NCBI GenBank assembly: GCA_963825475.1
Contig: CAWGTC010000001.1
Span: 315,742 to 379,741, forward strand
Reading direction: 5' to 3'
DNA from: an uncultured Thermoleophilaceae bacterium
GTDB lineage: Bacteria; Actinomycetota; Thermoleophilia; Solirubrobacterales; Thermoleophilaceae
DNA: 64,000 nucleotides
Shown: positions 15,737-25,383 of the stretch, piece after piece
Layout: every line of letters starts with the position of its first letter
How positions within the stretch are numbered: position 1 is the stretch's first letter
Position numbers and translations under genes: made by a program
The notes under the pieces: generated by a model
Told to the model about the DNA's origin: nothing
The model's input: the letters and a program-made list of their open reading frames with translations, nothing else
Databases searched by the model: none

Positions 15737-16486
15737 GTGAGCGCGCTGCATGTCGTCATCCTCGCTGCCGGCAAAGGCAGCCGCCTGGGCGCGCTCGGGG
15801 CCCAGAAGCCCAAGTGGCTGCTCGACGTCGGGGACCGGACTATCGCCGACCACCAGCTCGAGGGCCTGGAACGGGCGTCCGGCACGGTCGCGTCGGTGAG
15901 GGTGGTCACAGGTCACGCCCGCGAGGCCATCGACAGGTTTCTCGAGGCCGGCCGCGATGTCCAGGTGGTCCACAACATCGAGTACGCGCGCCTCAACAAC
16001 TGGTACTCGGTGCTGCTGGCGCTGCGGTCCATCACCGACCCTGATCCGCGCGTGGCGATCATCAACGGCGACCTCTTCGCGCGCGCGGACTGGATAGCCA
16101 AGTTTCTGGTCGACAGCACCGGCACTTCCTCCGAGTCGCTGATCGCCGTGGATACCCAGCGGCCCGTGACCGACGAGTCGATGAAGGTGGCCATGGACGG
16201 AGCCTCTCGACTGAGCGCGATCGGCAAGGAAGGCATCGTGAACCCCGTGGGGGAATACGTGGGCATGCTGATGGCGGCGGGATCGGTGCTAGAGGACTTC
16301 CGCACCGCACTGGAACGCTTCGAGCGCCAACCGGAGTCCGCGAATGAGTGGTACGAGAGCGCCGTGGGCGTCTCCGCCGCTGCGGGCACGGATTGGACGG
16401 TGTGGCCGACTCCCGACAGCCACTGGGTCGAGATCGACGACGATGCCGACCATTCGATCGCGCTGCGGATGAGCGAAAGTCTCTGA
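15737..16486 (+). CDS. MobA/LicC-like NTP-transferase (putative cytidylyltransferase)
   Basis: 249 aa with an N-terminal VVILAAGKGSRLG nucleotide-binding loop and an NNWYSVLLA motif, as seen in LicC/IPCT-like cytidylyltransferases. Confidence 0.7.
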   Translation: MSALHVVILAAGKGSRLGALGAQKPKWLLDVGDRTIADHQLEGLERASGTVASVRVVTGHAREAIDRFLEAGRDVQVVHNIEYARLNNWYSVLLALRSITDPDPRVAIINGDLFARADWIAKFLVDSTGTSSESLIAVDTQRPVTDESMKVAMDGASRLSAIGKEGIVNPVGEYVGMLMAAGSVLEDFRTALERFERQPESANEWYESAVGVSAAAGTDWTVWPTPDSHWVEIDDDADHSIALRMSESL

Positions 16487-16488
16487 AA

Positions 16489-17548
16489 GTGCGGGAGCGC
16501 ACCATCGCGATTCCGCGCCTGCTGCACGTGGGTCCGGACTGCCTGTCCGCGCTTGCGCCCCTGCTCAAGGAATCGTCCTTCGACCTGACCCGGATCCTCG
16601 TCGGATCGGGCAGCGGACCGTCGGTCAAGTTCGCCGATCAGGCGCTCGACGGTCTCAGGCACGTGGGGCTCGATGCTTCCGGCGCTCGGGGCCTGGCCGG
16701 GCGGCTCGACCAGGCCGCCGAGCTGGCCGCCAGCGTTATCAGCGACGGCGTGACGCTGCTGGTGGCGGTGGGAGGGGGGAGGGTGATCGACACGGTCAAG
16801 CTGGCCGCTGCCCGTACGGGCACCGATTTCGTGAGCGTGCCCACAGCGATATCGCACGATGGCATCAGCTCTCCGGTGGCGTCGCTGGTGCCGAAGGAGG
16901 GAGCGCGTCAGTCCTACGCGGCCTCCATGCCGGGCGGGATCATCGTGGACGTCGGCGTGATCGGCTCGGCGCCCCCTAGGACACTCCGGGCCGGAGTCGG
17001 GGATCTGGTGAGCAATCTCACCGCTTTGCTGGATTGGCGACGCGCCGATCGGCTCGGTCATGCGCGCTTCGACGCCTTCTCGGCGATGATCGCCGAGCAC
17101 GCGGCCCGGCCGGTGCTCGACCTCGAGGATCTGGGTCGTCCCGAGAGCCACGAGCTGATCGCGAAGGGTCTGTTGATGAGCGGCTTGGCCATGGCCGCGG
17201 CGGGTACCAGCCGACCCTGCTCCGGAGCAGAGCACTTGATCAGCCACAGCCTCGACGAGATCCTGGGGGAGCGGGCGGCGATGCACGGGGAGCAGGTGGC
17301 GCTCGGCTGCCTGGTGGCAGCGGCCGCCCACGACTCGCCCCTGCGGTCCACCCTGATGTCGTTCTTCTCGCAGCTCCGGCTGCCCACGGCTCCCGGGGAT
17401 CTCGGCGTGACCGAGCACGAGCTGACCGAGGCCATACGCGCCGCTCCCGCCACGCGGCCCGATCGCTACACAGATTCTCTCCGACGTGCTCGAGCAGCCG
17501 GACGATCTTGCGCCGCTCCTCGAGCGGGCGTTCGCCACCCCCGACTGA
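16489..17548 (+). CDS. sn-glycerol-1-phosphate dehydrogenase-like (AraM/EgsA, iron-ADH/DHQS-like superfamily); apparent 1-nt frameshift at about 17473
   Basis: GTG 16489 lies 2 nt after the previous stop. Motifs: LVAVGGGRVIDTVK, SVPTAISHDG, GAEHLISHSLD, MHGEQVALG. Frame 1 reads ...RPDRYT, then frame 2 continues ILSDVLEQPDDLAPLLERAFATPD* and ends at 17548. Left uncorrected, the ORF runs to 17613 into the convergent gene. Confidence 0.6.
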
Positions 17549-17566
17549 TCGCCGCAGCGCCGATAC

Positions 17567-18745
17567 CTAGCTGGGAAGAGCGTTCGTCAGAGCTTGCTCG
17601 ACGCTCTGGTTGAACCGAACGGCGGTGTGGTGCTCGGCGGTAGCCAGACCACCTCGTCTCAGCGTCGCGCGGAGGGCTGGGTCGCGGGCCAGCTGCTGAA
17701 CGCGGCCGGCGAGTTGCGGCGCGTCCTCAGCTGGATAGAGCAGTCCGTTCTTACCGTGGATCAGATACTCGCCGGATCCTCCCCGCCCGGTTGCCACGAC
17801 CGGCCGGCCACTGGCCATGGCTTCCAGGGGCACGAGGCCCCATGGCTCTTTCCACACGACGGGGAATATGACTGCGTCGGCGGCGGCATAAACCGCCGGG
17901 AGCTCCCCAGGGTGGCGCGGACCGTCGAAGGTCAGCCTGTCCGCGACGCCGAGGGAGGAAGCGAGCTCGGCGAGCGCAGCGAGGTGGTCGGGGGGGCCGT
18001 CGCCGACCACCCTGAGGGTTGCGTCCGGCAGGTCGGCCAACGCCTCTATGACGGTCGAAACCCCCTTACGCGGGTCCACCCGTCCCACGTAGAGGAGCCG
18101 ACCCTGCCAAGCGCGCTCGGGTGCCGGGGAGAACTGGGAACCGATGCCGGACGGAATCACCGATGTGTCGGTGAGGTCCAACCCGCGATCTAGAGCGTGC
18201 GCGCGCGTGGCGCAGCTCACGAATGCGTAGTGAGCGGCAGCGTCGAAATGGATCCGGCCAGGTGAGCGGAGCACCCGATCGAGCAGCCCAGGTGGGTAAC
18301 GGCGACGTCGGGCGCGCCGGTTCCAGGCGTCCGCGCGACGTCCATAGTCGAGCCAGTCGTCGTGGACGAAGGCCACCGCCGGAAGGCGGTGCCGGCGCGC
18401 GATCTCGAGCATGGACATGCTGAGGCCGCCCATCGACCACCACGAAACGACATCCGGCTCGAAGTCGACGAGGTGGCGCTCCAATACCGAGATGTTGTGG
18501 CGCTCGATCGCCAGCGACTCGCGCGCGGACCGCGGCGGGAATCCGTGGTCGTGCCAGTACCAGCGAATCTCCCGGTGGGTGTCCGCGATCTCCGCGAGCG
18601 CGGGGTCGCGCACATTGTCCACCGTCAGGACACGGACGGCGTGCCCGCGCCCCTCGAGATAGCTCACGGCACCCTCCCATACCGCCTCGTAGCCGCCGCC
18701 AAGGTCCTGAGGGGGAAAGCTGTTGCCGACGGTCAGGACTCGCAC
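17567..18745 (-). CDS. Glycosyltransferase family 4 (GT-B)
   Basis: The start is trimmed to GTG 18745 (VRVLTVGNSFPPQDLGGGYE). The C-terminus has the GT1/GT4 signature ...VIFPVVWKEPWGLVPLEAMASGRPVVATGRGGSGEYL. Confidence 0.8.
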   Translation of the reverse strand: MRVLTVGNSFPPQDLGGGYEAVWEGAVSYLEGRGHAVRVLTVDNVRDPALAEIADTHREIRWYWHDHGFPPRSARESLAIERHNISVLERHLVDFEPDVVSWWSMGGLSMSMLEIARRHRLPAVAFVHDDWLDYGRRADAWNRRARRRRYPPGLLDRVLRSPGRIHFDAAAHYAFVSCATRAHALDRGLDLTDTSVIPSGIGSQFSPAPERAWQGRLLYVGRVDPRKGVSTVIEALADLPDATLRVVGDGPPDHLAALAELASSLGVADRLTFDGPRHPGELPAVYAAADAVIFPVVWKEPWGLVPLEAMASGRPVVATGRGGSGEYLIHGKNGLLYPAEDAPQLAGRVQQLARDPALRATLRRGGLATAEHHTAVRFNQSVEQALTNALPS

Positions 18746-18761
18746 GAGCCGAGCATACGAA

Positions 18762-20048
18762 CTAGGGACCGCGTCCAGGCGGCGTCCGCGAGCGGGGTGC
18801 GGCGTAACGGGCGAACAGGTCTCGAAGGCGCGCTGCGCTCGCGAGCACGTCGAACTCGGCCTCGACGGTGCGGCGACCCGACTCGCCCATGCGCCTGCGC
18901 TCCTCGGGGTCGCCTGCGAGGCGTCCGATCGCATGCACGAGCTCGTCTGCGCGCCCGGGGCGCACCACGAGGCCGTTGTCGCCGTCCCGGACCAGCTCCC
19001 GGATGCCCATTACACCGGCGGCGACCACCGGGAGCCGGTGCGCCATGGCCTCCATCAGAACGACCGGGATTCCCTCGGCGAAGCTCGCGTGCACGTATAG
19101 GTCCGCCATCGAGTAGTGGTGAGCGATCTCGTCCTGGCCGACGGCGCCGGTGAACTCGACGCGCTCCGAGACGCCGAGGCGATCCGAGAGTTGCTCGAGC
19201 GCGGAGCGCTTGGGCCCGTCTCCGACAATCGTCAGGTGCACGTCGATGCCGCTCGCGCGCAGCTGCCGGACCGCGTCGAGCAGCAGCGCTTGGCCCTTTA
19301 CCGGGGCGAGGCGGCCCACCGAAACGAGCCGCAGGGGCGTGACCTCGGCGGGGGCACTGGTCGGCCTCGGGGGGTAGGCGGCGGGATGGACGCCGCAGTG
19401 CACTACGTGCAGCTTGCTCCAGTGCTCCTCCTCGACGAGCCCCATCAGCTGGCTGCGTCCAAAGTCGCTGATCGCCACCGCGAAGTCGGCACTTCGTACC
19501 TTCACGGCGACTGCCTGGTTCAGAACGTCGTAGAACTCCGACGGGCCGTGAACGGTGAGGCTCCAGGTGTACTTGCCGTCGCGCCCCGCGCGATTCGCGA
19601 GGTCGGTCGCGAGCATGGCCACGGCCGGCGCCGTGCCGGGCAGGTGTGCGTGCACGTGGCGGATGTCTCGCGTGCGCAGCTCCCGCCACAGCATTGCGGA
19701 CTCGCTCACCCAGGTGAGGGCTAGGAGCTTTCCGCGTAGTCCCGGACGCACCGTTCGCAGAGAGTCGCGGACGAGCTTCAGGTAGGCCGTAGGCGACGTG
19801 GCGAGTGCGGCCACGTGGCTTCGCGTCAGATCGCCGATCCGTGGCGGGAGGAAGCTGAAGGTGCGCGCCGCCTCGGCGCGGTCGGCCCCCGTGAGGAGCT
19901 CGTCCGGTGGGGTGGGCCACACCGAGAACGTGGCCACGTCGATCCCCAGATCTCGCAGCGCCTGAACCTCCCGGAGGATGAAGGTGTGGGAGATCTTCGG
20001 ATAGCGGCCCACCAGGTACGCGATGCGGGCTGGCGGCTTTGGGTCCAT
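18762..20048 (-). CDS. Glycosyltransferase family 4 (WcaL-like)
   Basis: 428 aa. IAYLVGRYPKISHTFILREVQALRDLG at the N-terminus and ...HASFAEGIPVVLMEAMAHRLPVVAAGVMGIRELV at the C-terminus. Confidence 0.8.
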   Translation of the reverse strand: MDPKPPARIAYLVGRYPKISHTFILREVQALRDLGIDVATFSVWPTPPDELLTGADRAEAARTFSFLPPRIGDLTRSHVAALATSPTAYLKLVRDSLRTVRPGLRGKLLALTWVSESAMLWRELRTRDIRHVHAHLPGTAPAVAMLATDLANRAGRDGKYTWSLTVHGPSEFYDVLNQAVAVKVRSADFAVAISDFGRSQLMGLVEEEHWSKLHVVHCGVHPAAYPPRPTSAPAEVTPLRLVSVGRLAPVKGQALLLDAVRQLRASGIDVHLTIVGDGPKRSALEQLSDRLGVSERVEFTGAVGQDEIAHHYSMADLYVHASFAEGIPVVLMEAMAHRLPVVAAGVMGIRELVRDGDNGLVVRPGRADELVHAIGRLAGDPEERRRMGESGRRTVEAEFDVLASAARLRDLFARYAAPRSRTPPGRGP

Positions 20049-20056
20049 GTCCCCGG

Positions 20057-20863
20057 CTACCTGCTGGCGCCGCCGACGGCGATCCCCATGTCCCGGACAT
20101 CGACCGCGATCGCCACTGCGTCATCAGAAGCGAGCGTCTCCCACGCGCGTTCCATCCCGGGCGACCAATGTATGTCGTCGAATACGAAGATCGCAGAGGG
20201 TGCTGCGAACGGGAGGATCTCTCTGAAGTACTCCACCGTTGCCGCTTCGCTGTGATGTCCGTCGATGAAGGCGTAGTCAACCGGGCCCGGCAACGCGTGC
20301 AGGGCGTCGTCGAGTGTGTCCTGGAACCGTCCAGGAACGAGCTGCACGTTGTCGAGGCCTAACTCGCGAAGGTGCCGGTCTGCGGTGTCGATGCGTTCCC
20401 TCGACGCCTCGAAGCTGACGAGCCTGCCCGTGCCGTTCATTGTCAGGGCCGCTGCCTGGTACGCGGCCGAGATGCCGACGCAACTCCCCAGCTCGAGGCA
20501 ATTCGACGGCTGGACCGCGCGGATCAGGCTGAACAGGACGCGTGCCGACAGCGGCCGTTTGCTCGCGGTTCGGCTCAGGTGTCCCAGCGGGACCTCGATG
20601 ATGCGTCCATCAGCCGGGTCTGCGGACCACTCCGGGCCCGTGGTGCGAATGATCTCGGTTGAGCGGTCGACGCGTTCCCGCAGAGCCTCGATTCGCGTGA
20701 CCCATGCCTGCTCCTCGGCGTCCAGCCGGCCACGCCACCCTCGTTCCAGCGCATCCCTGAGCTGCACCGACTCCCGCTGGTCCGACCGCTTGAGTTGCCT
20801 GAGCGCCGCGCGGTAGCTGCTGTTATCCGCGAGACGCCGGAGGCCGTTCCTGAGCGAGGTCAA
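20057..20863 (-). CDS. Class I SAM-dependent O-methyltransferase (family 3-like)
   Basis: 268 aa with CLELGSCVGISAAYQAAAL and YAFIDGHHSEAATVEYF motifs. Its start overlaps the stop of the upstream gene. Confidence 0.7.
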   Translation of the reverse strand: MTSLRNGLRRLADNSSYRAALRQLKRSDQRESVQLRDALERGWRGRLDAEEQAWVTRIEALRERVDRSTEIIRTTGPEWSADPADGRIIEVPLGHLSRTASKRPLSARVLFSLIRAVQPSNCLELGSCVGISAAYQAAALTMNGTGRLVSFEASRERIDTADRHLRELGLDNVQLVPGRFQDTLDDALHALPGPVDYAFIDGHHSEAATVEYFREILPFAAPSAIFVFDDIHWSPGMERAWETLASDDAVAIAVDVRDMGIAVGGASR

Positions 20864-22266
20864 TGTTCCGCGATGCTACGGCGTGGCGGTCCGATCCAGC
20901 ACATTCCGGCCCACGTCCATATGAGCAATGTGGGCAGCGTGAACGAGAGGGGCGTGGTGCCCGCGACCACCAGGTACATGCAGGTGAGCCCGACAAGGCC
21001 GATCTTCCAGGGACGCAGATCCGGTGGGCCCCTGCGGGTTATCGCGCCGCCGATCGCCCACATCAGCGCGAAGGCCCACAGACCGGCACCCACCAGACCG
21101 AGCTCCACGGCGTTGTTCAGGTACACACTGTGCACGTCCTGGATGATCGTGAGCGGAATGTCGTCGGCCTGCCGGTAGTAGTCAATCGCCTTGACGCGGT
21201 AGGTGCCCCAGCCGAAGCCGAATGCCGGCTTCTCCTCCAGCATCCGGAGCGCGGCGGCGTTCGAGTTCTGGCGGTCCCATAGGGGACGGTCGTTATCGCG
21301 TCGCTCCGAGGCCTGGGCCTGGAGTCCCGGGATCGTTGCGAAGGCGACGAGGACGATCGCCAGCCCGCCGACGATGGCCGACGGGACGTAGCGCCGTGTC
21401 TCACGGGCGACGAGCAAGGCGGCGATTGAGCCGACGATCGTGCCGAGCCAGACGGACCTGGTGACCGTGAGCAAGGTGCCCAGCAGGCACAGCGCCGCAA
21501 CTGCTACGGCGATCCCCTTGAGGCGGCGATCGCGCCAGCTCAAGGCTGCGATCACCGCCACGATCGCGCACGCATACAGCAGCATCCCGTTGGCTGCCGC
21601 CTCGGCGAAGGGCCCGCGGGCGCGGTCGAAGTGAGTACCCACGAACGGGTCGTCGATATAGCGCGGCACGAGAATCCCGCGCGGCCCGGTGGTCTCGATC
21701 AGCGCGGTCAGGCCGAGGTAGCCGCCGAGCGCGACGAACGTTCCCATCAGAATCTGGCGATCGCGAACCTCTCGGTACGCTAGCGGCGCGACGAAGAAGA
21801 GCACGAATGCGACCAGGCTGAAGCGGTCCAGCAGGTTGAAGCGGGGGCTCGACTCGGTGAGCGTGCCTGCGAAGAGCGCGGAGCAGAGCGCATAGGCTGC
21901 GGTCACGACGAGAAGCCAGTGGATGGGGCTCGTCTCGAGGCCCTTCGGCCGGGCGTGCCATTGCCGTACGAGCAGAGATGCAACCGCCGAGAAGATGAGC
22001 ACCCGATCGATAGCGACGGGAACGTTCATGTCGCCCCAGTGGCCGGAGAAGACGGCTATCGCCAGCCCAAGGCTGAGCGGCCACGCCGGTCGGGCGACCA
22101 GCGACACAACCACAAGCAGAAGCCCGGCCATCGCCGCAACCGCACCCTCGAAGGCGTCGGTGGGACTCGACGTCTCTGCTGCCGCGGCCCCCGCCGCTGC
22201 CGCGGTGAGAAGTCCGAGCGCCGCGATCGCGTAGAGCGCCCCCGGCGGAATAGGCCGGGCGGTCAC
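20860..22266 (-). CDS. O-antigen ligase/polymerase family membrane protein (Wzy-like)
   Basis: 468 aa with about 11 TM segments and a Wzy_C-like loop (LLTVTRSVWLGTIVGSIAALL...). Confidence 0.7.
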   Translation of the reverse strand: MTARPIPPGALYAIAALGLLTAAAAGAAAAETSSPTDAFEGAVAAMAGLLLVVVSLVARPAWPLSLGLAIAVFSGHWGDMNVPVAIDRVLIFSAVASLLVRQWHARPKGLETSPIHWLLVVTAAYALCSALFAGTLTESSPRFNLLDRFSLVAFVLFFVAPLAYREVRDRQILMGTFVALGGYLGLTALIETTGPRGILVPRYIDDPFVGTHFDRARGPFAEAAANGMLLYACAIVAVIAALSWRDRRLKGIAVAVAALCLLGTLLTVTRSVWLGTIVGSIAALLVARETRRYVPSAIVGGLAIVLVAFATIPGLQAQASERRDNDRPLWDRQNSNAAALRMLEEKPAFGFGWGTYRVKAIDYYRQADDIPLTIIQDVHSVYLNNAVELGLVGAGLWAFALMWAIGGAITRRGPPDLRPWKIGLVGLTCMYLVVAGTTPLSFTLPTLLIWTWAGMCWIGPPRRSIAEH

Positions 22267-23516
22267 ACGCGGGCGCGTTTGAGAAGCTCTCGATTCTCAC
22301 GCATGAGCGCGAAGCCGAGGCCGAGCAAGAGGCCACCACCCAGCCCGATCAGCATCAGGCGCTGAAGCGCCGACCACCTGTCGGAGTCCGCGGCGGAGGC
22401 CGGCACGGCCAGCTGCAGCAGGCCCTTCGTGGACAGTCCCCCCGCCTCGTTGTTCCGGTACTGGAGACCAGTTGCGTCGGCGCGCACCTGTGCGGTGTAG
22501 AGATCGACGCGGGCACGCGCGATCGCATCCTCGCCGGCGTCCGGTTCACGCTGAAGCTGGCGCAGACGGGTTCTGGCGGCGTCGAGGGCTGTCCCTGCGC
22601 GGCGGAGGCGGTTCAGGAGGCTTGTCGACTCCTGCCTACGGTTCAGCGCCTCGACATAGACGATCAGGCCGCCAGCCGCGGCGTTCGCGAGGTCCACCGC
22701 CTCTCGCTCCGAGCCCCCCTCGGCTTCCACGGCGATGAGGGTGCTGCCTGGAAGCGGCGACCCAGTCAGCCGTTCGCGAGCCGCGTCGTATGAGATTCCC
22801 ACTTCGCGCGCGGCGTCTCTGACTACGGGCTCGGCTGCCAAGAATCGCCCGTAGGACCGGGCGAGCGCGGCGTTTGCGACGAGGGTGTCGTCGAGTGAGT
22901 ACACCGGCGCATCCGCGCGGCCGACGTTGACACGCGCCTCACTGTCATAGACCGGGTCGCGCAACAGGCCGATCGCTGCCCCCGCCGCCACGAGCAGGAG
23001 GACGGGGATGAGGGTCAGGGTGCGCCGGCGGAGAGCGCTCTCGAGCGGACCGCGAAAGCCCGCCCGCTCGGCCGTACCGCCTCCCGGCTCCGGCTCCGTC
23101 TGGGGCGCCTGTTTGTCGGGGCTCGGGCTCGACGGAGGTGGAGGCATCTCCGCCGGCTCCCGCCGCCCGGTGTCCGGGTACGGCGGAGCGGGAGCAGGGG
23201 GCGGAGCGCTCTCGACTGGCGTCCTGTAGGCGCTCGGGCTCGACGCAGGTAGGGAAATCTCCGCGGGTTTCCGGCGCCCGGTGTCCTGGGCGGGCGGCGG
23301 AGCGGGAGCGGGCGGTGGGGCGCTTTTGCGCGGGCTGCGGAAGCCGGACAGCTCCGGCGTACCGCCTCCCGGACCCCCCTGGAGCGCCCTCATGTCGCCG
23401 ATCGGCCTAGGCTCAGGCGGGGGCGCCTCCGTAGGCGTCCGTCGCCCGGTGTCCTGGGCGGACGGCGGAGCGGGAGCAGGTGATCTATGACGGCGGAACC
23501 GTCGGCGAGTACTCAA
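22263..23516 (-). CDS. Wzz-like polysaccharide chain-length determinant with a Pro-rich repetitive N-terminal extension
   Basis: TM segment plus DPVYDSEARVNVGRAD (Wzz N-terminal motif), a coiled region and a C-terminal TM. The first roughly 140 aa contain three imperfect repeats (APPPAPAPP..DTGRR.P.E). Confidence 0.7.
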   Translation of the reverse strand: MSTRRRFRRHRSPAPAPPSAQDTGRRTPTEAPPPEPRPIGDMRALQGGPGGGTPELSGFRSPRKSAPPPAPAPPPAQDTGRRKPAEISLPASSPSAYRTPVESAPPPAPAPPYPDTGRREPAEMPPPPSSPSPDKQAPQTEPEPGGGTAERAGFRGPLESALRRRTLTLIPVLLLVAAGAAIGLLRDPVYDSEARVNVGRADAPVYSLDDTLVANAALARSYGRFLAAEPVVRDAAREVGISYDAARERLTGSPLPGSTLIAVEAEGGSEREAVDLANAAAGGLIVYVEALNRRQESTSLLNRLRRAGTALDAARTRLRQLQREPDAGEDAIARARVDLYTAQVRADATGLQYRNNEAGGLSTKGLLQLAVPASAADSDRWSALQRLMLIGLGGGLLLGLGFALMRENRELLKRARV

Positions 23517-23570
23517 AGCGGGGCTAAGGATGACATTTCCCGCCGTGCGCGTGCGCAGGGCTGCGCGACT

Positions 23571-24029
23571 TCATGCAGTCAGGGCGGCTCGGACGGCGTC
23601 GTGAAACGGCCCGGGCTCGGGCGGCCTCGGACCGGTCGGAGCAGGCGCAGTCGTCACGAGCCGCGGCAGATCCCCGACATTCCACACGGGGACTACCTTC
23701 GCGCGCTCCGCAAGCGCCTCGGTCAGTTCCACTTGATGGTCGTCGACGTGCTCGCCGTGGCGCCGGCGACGCGGCACCACGAGCGGCGTGCGTCCGTTGC
23801 GCAGGCACAGCAGGATGCTGCCCACCCCCGCGTGCGTCACCACGACGTCAGCGGCGCGGATCCGCTCGACCATGTCGGCGAACGGCAGGAAGTCGATCAC
23901 CTCGGCTGCAGCGCGCGGCGCCGGCGAGTGCCCGTACTGCACCACCAGGTCGTCGGGCGGGAGCGCGGATAGCCCGTTGATCAGGCGCGGGAACGGGTCA
24001 TGGTGTGTCCCGACGATGACGAAGATCAC
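23571..24029 (-). CDS. Alg13-like glycosyltransferase family 28 C-terminal domain protein (PssE-like)
   Basis: GTG 24029 overlaps the upstream stop (GTGA). Sequence: VIFVIVGTHHDPFPRL...VVTHAGVGSILLCLRNGRTPLVVPRR..GEHVDDHQVE. Confidence 0.8.
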   Translation of the reverse strand: MIFVIVGTHHDPFPRLINGLSALPPDDLVVQYGHSPAPRAAAEVIDFLPFADMVERIRAADVVVTHAGVGSILLCLRNGRTPLVVPRRRRHGEHVDDHQVELTEALAERAKVVPVWNVGDLPRLVTTAPAPTGPRPPEPGPFHDAVRAALTA

Positions 24030-24481
24030 AGGAGGCTCCCGGCGTGCACAGCCTTGCGGCGCCTGCGTGCCGCTTCCGGCCACTGCACGAAGAACGCGCT
24101 TGCGAGCGGATAGACCATCCGCCCGCTGAGCGAGAGACCGTGTGTTCGCGTCAGGCTCTCGACGTACACGCAGCGGCACCGGTGAAGCCGGCCGATTAGG
24201 AAGAACGGGACCGCGAGGCCCGCGCCCGTCGAAAGGATCACGTCCGGTCGCTCCGACCTCACGATATGCCACGCCATGCGCAGATTGCGCAGGAAGTTCG
24301 GGAAGCTGCGGTTCGTCGGCCCGTATCCTCGTACCACCTCTTGGCCGTCGAGCAGATAGTCCACGTCAGTGCCTGGCAGCGTCACCCAGGTGGTGTCGAG
24401 CCCCTCCCAGCTCGGCGCGAGCGACAACATCTGAACCAAGTGGCCGCCCGGCGAACAGACCAGCAATGCGCGCCGCGACAT
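24026..24481 (-). CDS. Alg14-like membrane-anchoring subunit (PssD-like)
   Basis: 151 aa: LLVCSPGGHLVQMLSL...ERPDVILSTGAGLAVPFFLIGRL...VYVESLTR. Confidence 0.8.
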   Translation of the reverse strand: MSRRALLVCSPGGHLVQMLSLAPSWEGLDTTWVTLPGTDVDYLLDGQEVVRGYGPTNRSFPNFLRNLRMAWHIVRSERPDVILSTGAGLAVPFFLIGRLHRCRCVYVESLTRTHGLSLSGRMVYPLASAFFVQWPEAARRRRKAVHAGSLL

Positions 24482-24507
24482 GGCTCAGACGTTAGCCTCG
24501 TCGGCCG

Positions 24508-25383
24508 ATGAGGCTCGCCACGGTGGTCACGTTCTTGAACGAGGAGCGTTACCTGGAGCGCACGCTCACATCGATTGCAGAGCAGACGCATCTACCTGCG
24601 CAGCTGGTGCTGGTCGATGATGGCTCAAGCGATCGCTCGCCTCTTATCGCACGGGGCTTCGCAGCCGCCCACGAGTGGGCGGAAGTTCTCACGCTTCTCC
24701 CCAAGCCGCCTGCTGGAGACCGGCTTGCCCGTGCCCATGTGGTGCGCGCCTTCTCGCAGGGCGTCGAGCGCATCGACGTGGACGCGGACGTCGTTGCGAA
24801 GCTAGACGCCGACATCGTCTTTCCTTCAAATACCTTCGCGACGCTGGTCGCTCAATTCGAGGCGGACGAGCATCTCGGCCTCGCCGGGGCTTTTCTGAGC
24901 TTCGAGGAGAACGGCCGAGTCGTGCGCGAGCGGCCGCCCCCGTACCACGTCCGCGGCGCGACGAAGTTCTACCGGCAGGAATGCTTCGAAGCCGTGGCCC
25001 CGCTCCCGGAAATCCTCGGCTGGGACACGATCGACGAAGCCCGGGCGAGGATTGCGGGCTGGACCGTACGCAGCTTCGCAATACCGGGGGGAGACCCCCT
25101 GCATCTTCGGCCGACCGGCTCCTACGATGGTCGGATTCGAGGCTTCAGCCGCCACGGTCTGTGCGCGTGGAACTACGGTGCTCACCCGCTGGTGGTAGCA
25201 CTCGGAGCCGTGGCGCGGATGCCGGAGAGGCCGCGAGTGATCGGCGGGCTCGCGTACCTCGGGGGCTGGATGCGGGCCGGACTGCGGCGGTCGCCGCGCG
25301 CGGAGCCGGAGGTCCGCCGCGATGTCCGTCGCATGCAGCTCGCGCGCGTCAGGCGGGAGGTCGCCGAGCGCGTACGGCGCTAG
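24508..25383 (+). CDS. Glycosyltransferase family 2
   Basis: VVTFLNEERYLERTLTSIAEQTHLPAQLVLVDDGSSDRS plus a DAD motif (KLDADIVF). Confidence 0.8.
   Translation: MRLATVVTFLNEERYLERTLTSIAEQTHLPAQLVLVDDGSSDRSPLIARGFAAAHEWAEVLTLLPKPPAGDRLARAHVVRAFSQGVERIDVDADVVAKLDADIVFPSNTFATLVAQFEADEHLGLAGAFLSFEENGRVVRERPPPYHVRGATKFYRQECFEAVAPLPEILGWDTIDEARARIAGWTVRSFAIPGGDPLHLRPTGSYDGRIRGFSRHGLCAWNYGAHPLVVALGAVARMPERPRVIGGLAYLGGWMRAGLRRSPRAEPEVRRDVRRMQLARVRREVAERVRR

Noticed and set aside
15685-15909. N-terminal 75 codons of the ABC transporter ORF
   Set aside because: They would overlap the divergent nucleotidyltransferase gene and its promoter. The ATG at 15684 gives a normal-length fused ABC protein.
15913-17538. 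541-aa minus ORF
   Set aside because: It is antisense to the NTP-transferase and G1PDH-like genes, which have clear motifs. Its composition is off-frame-like.
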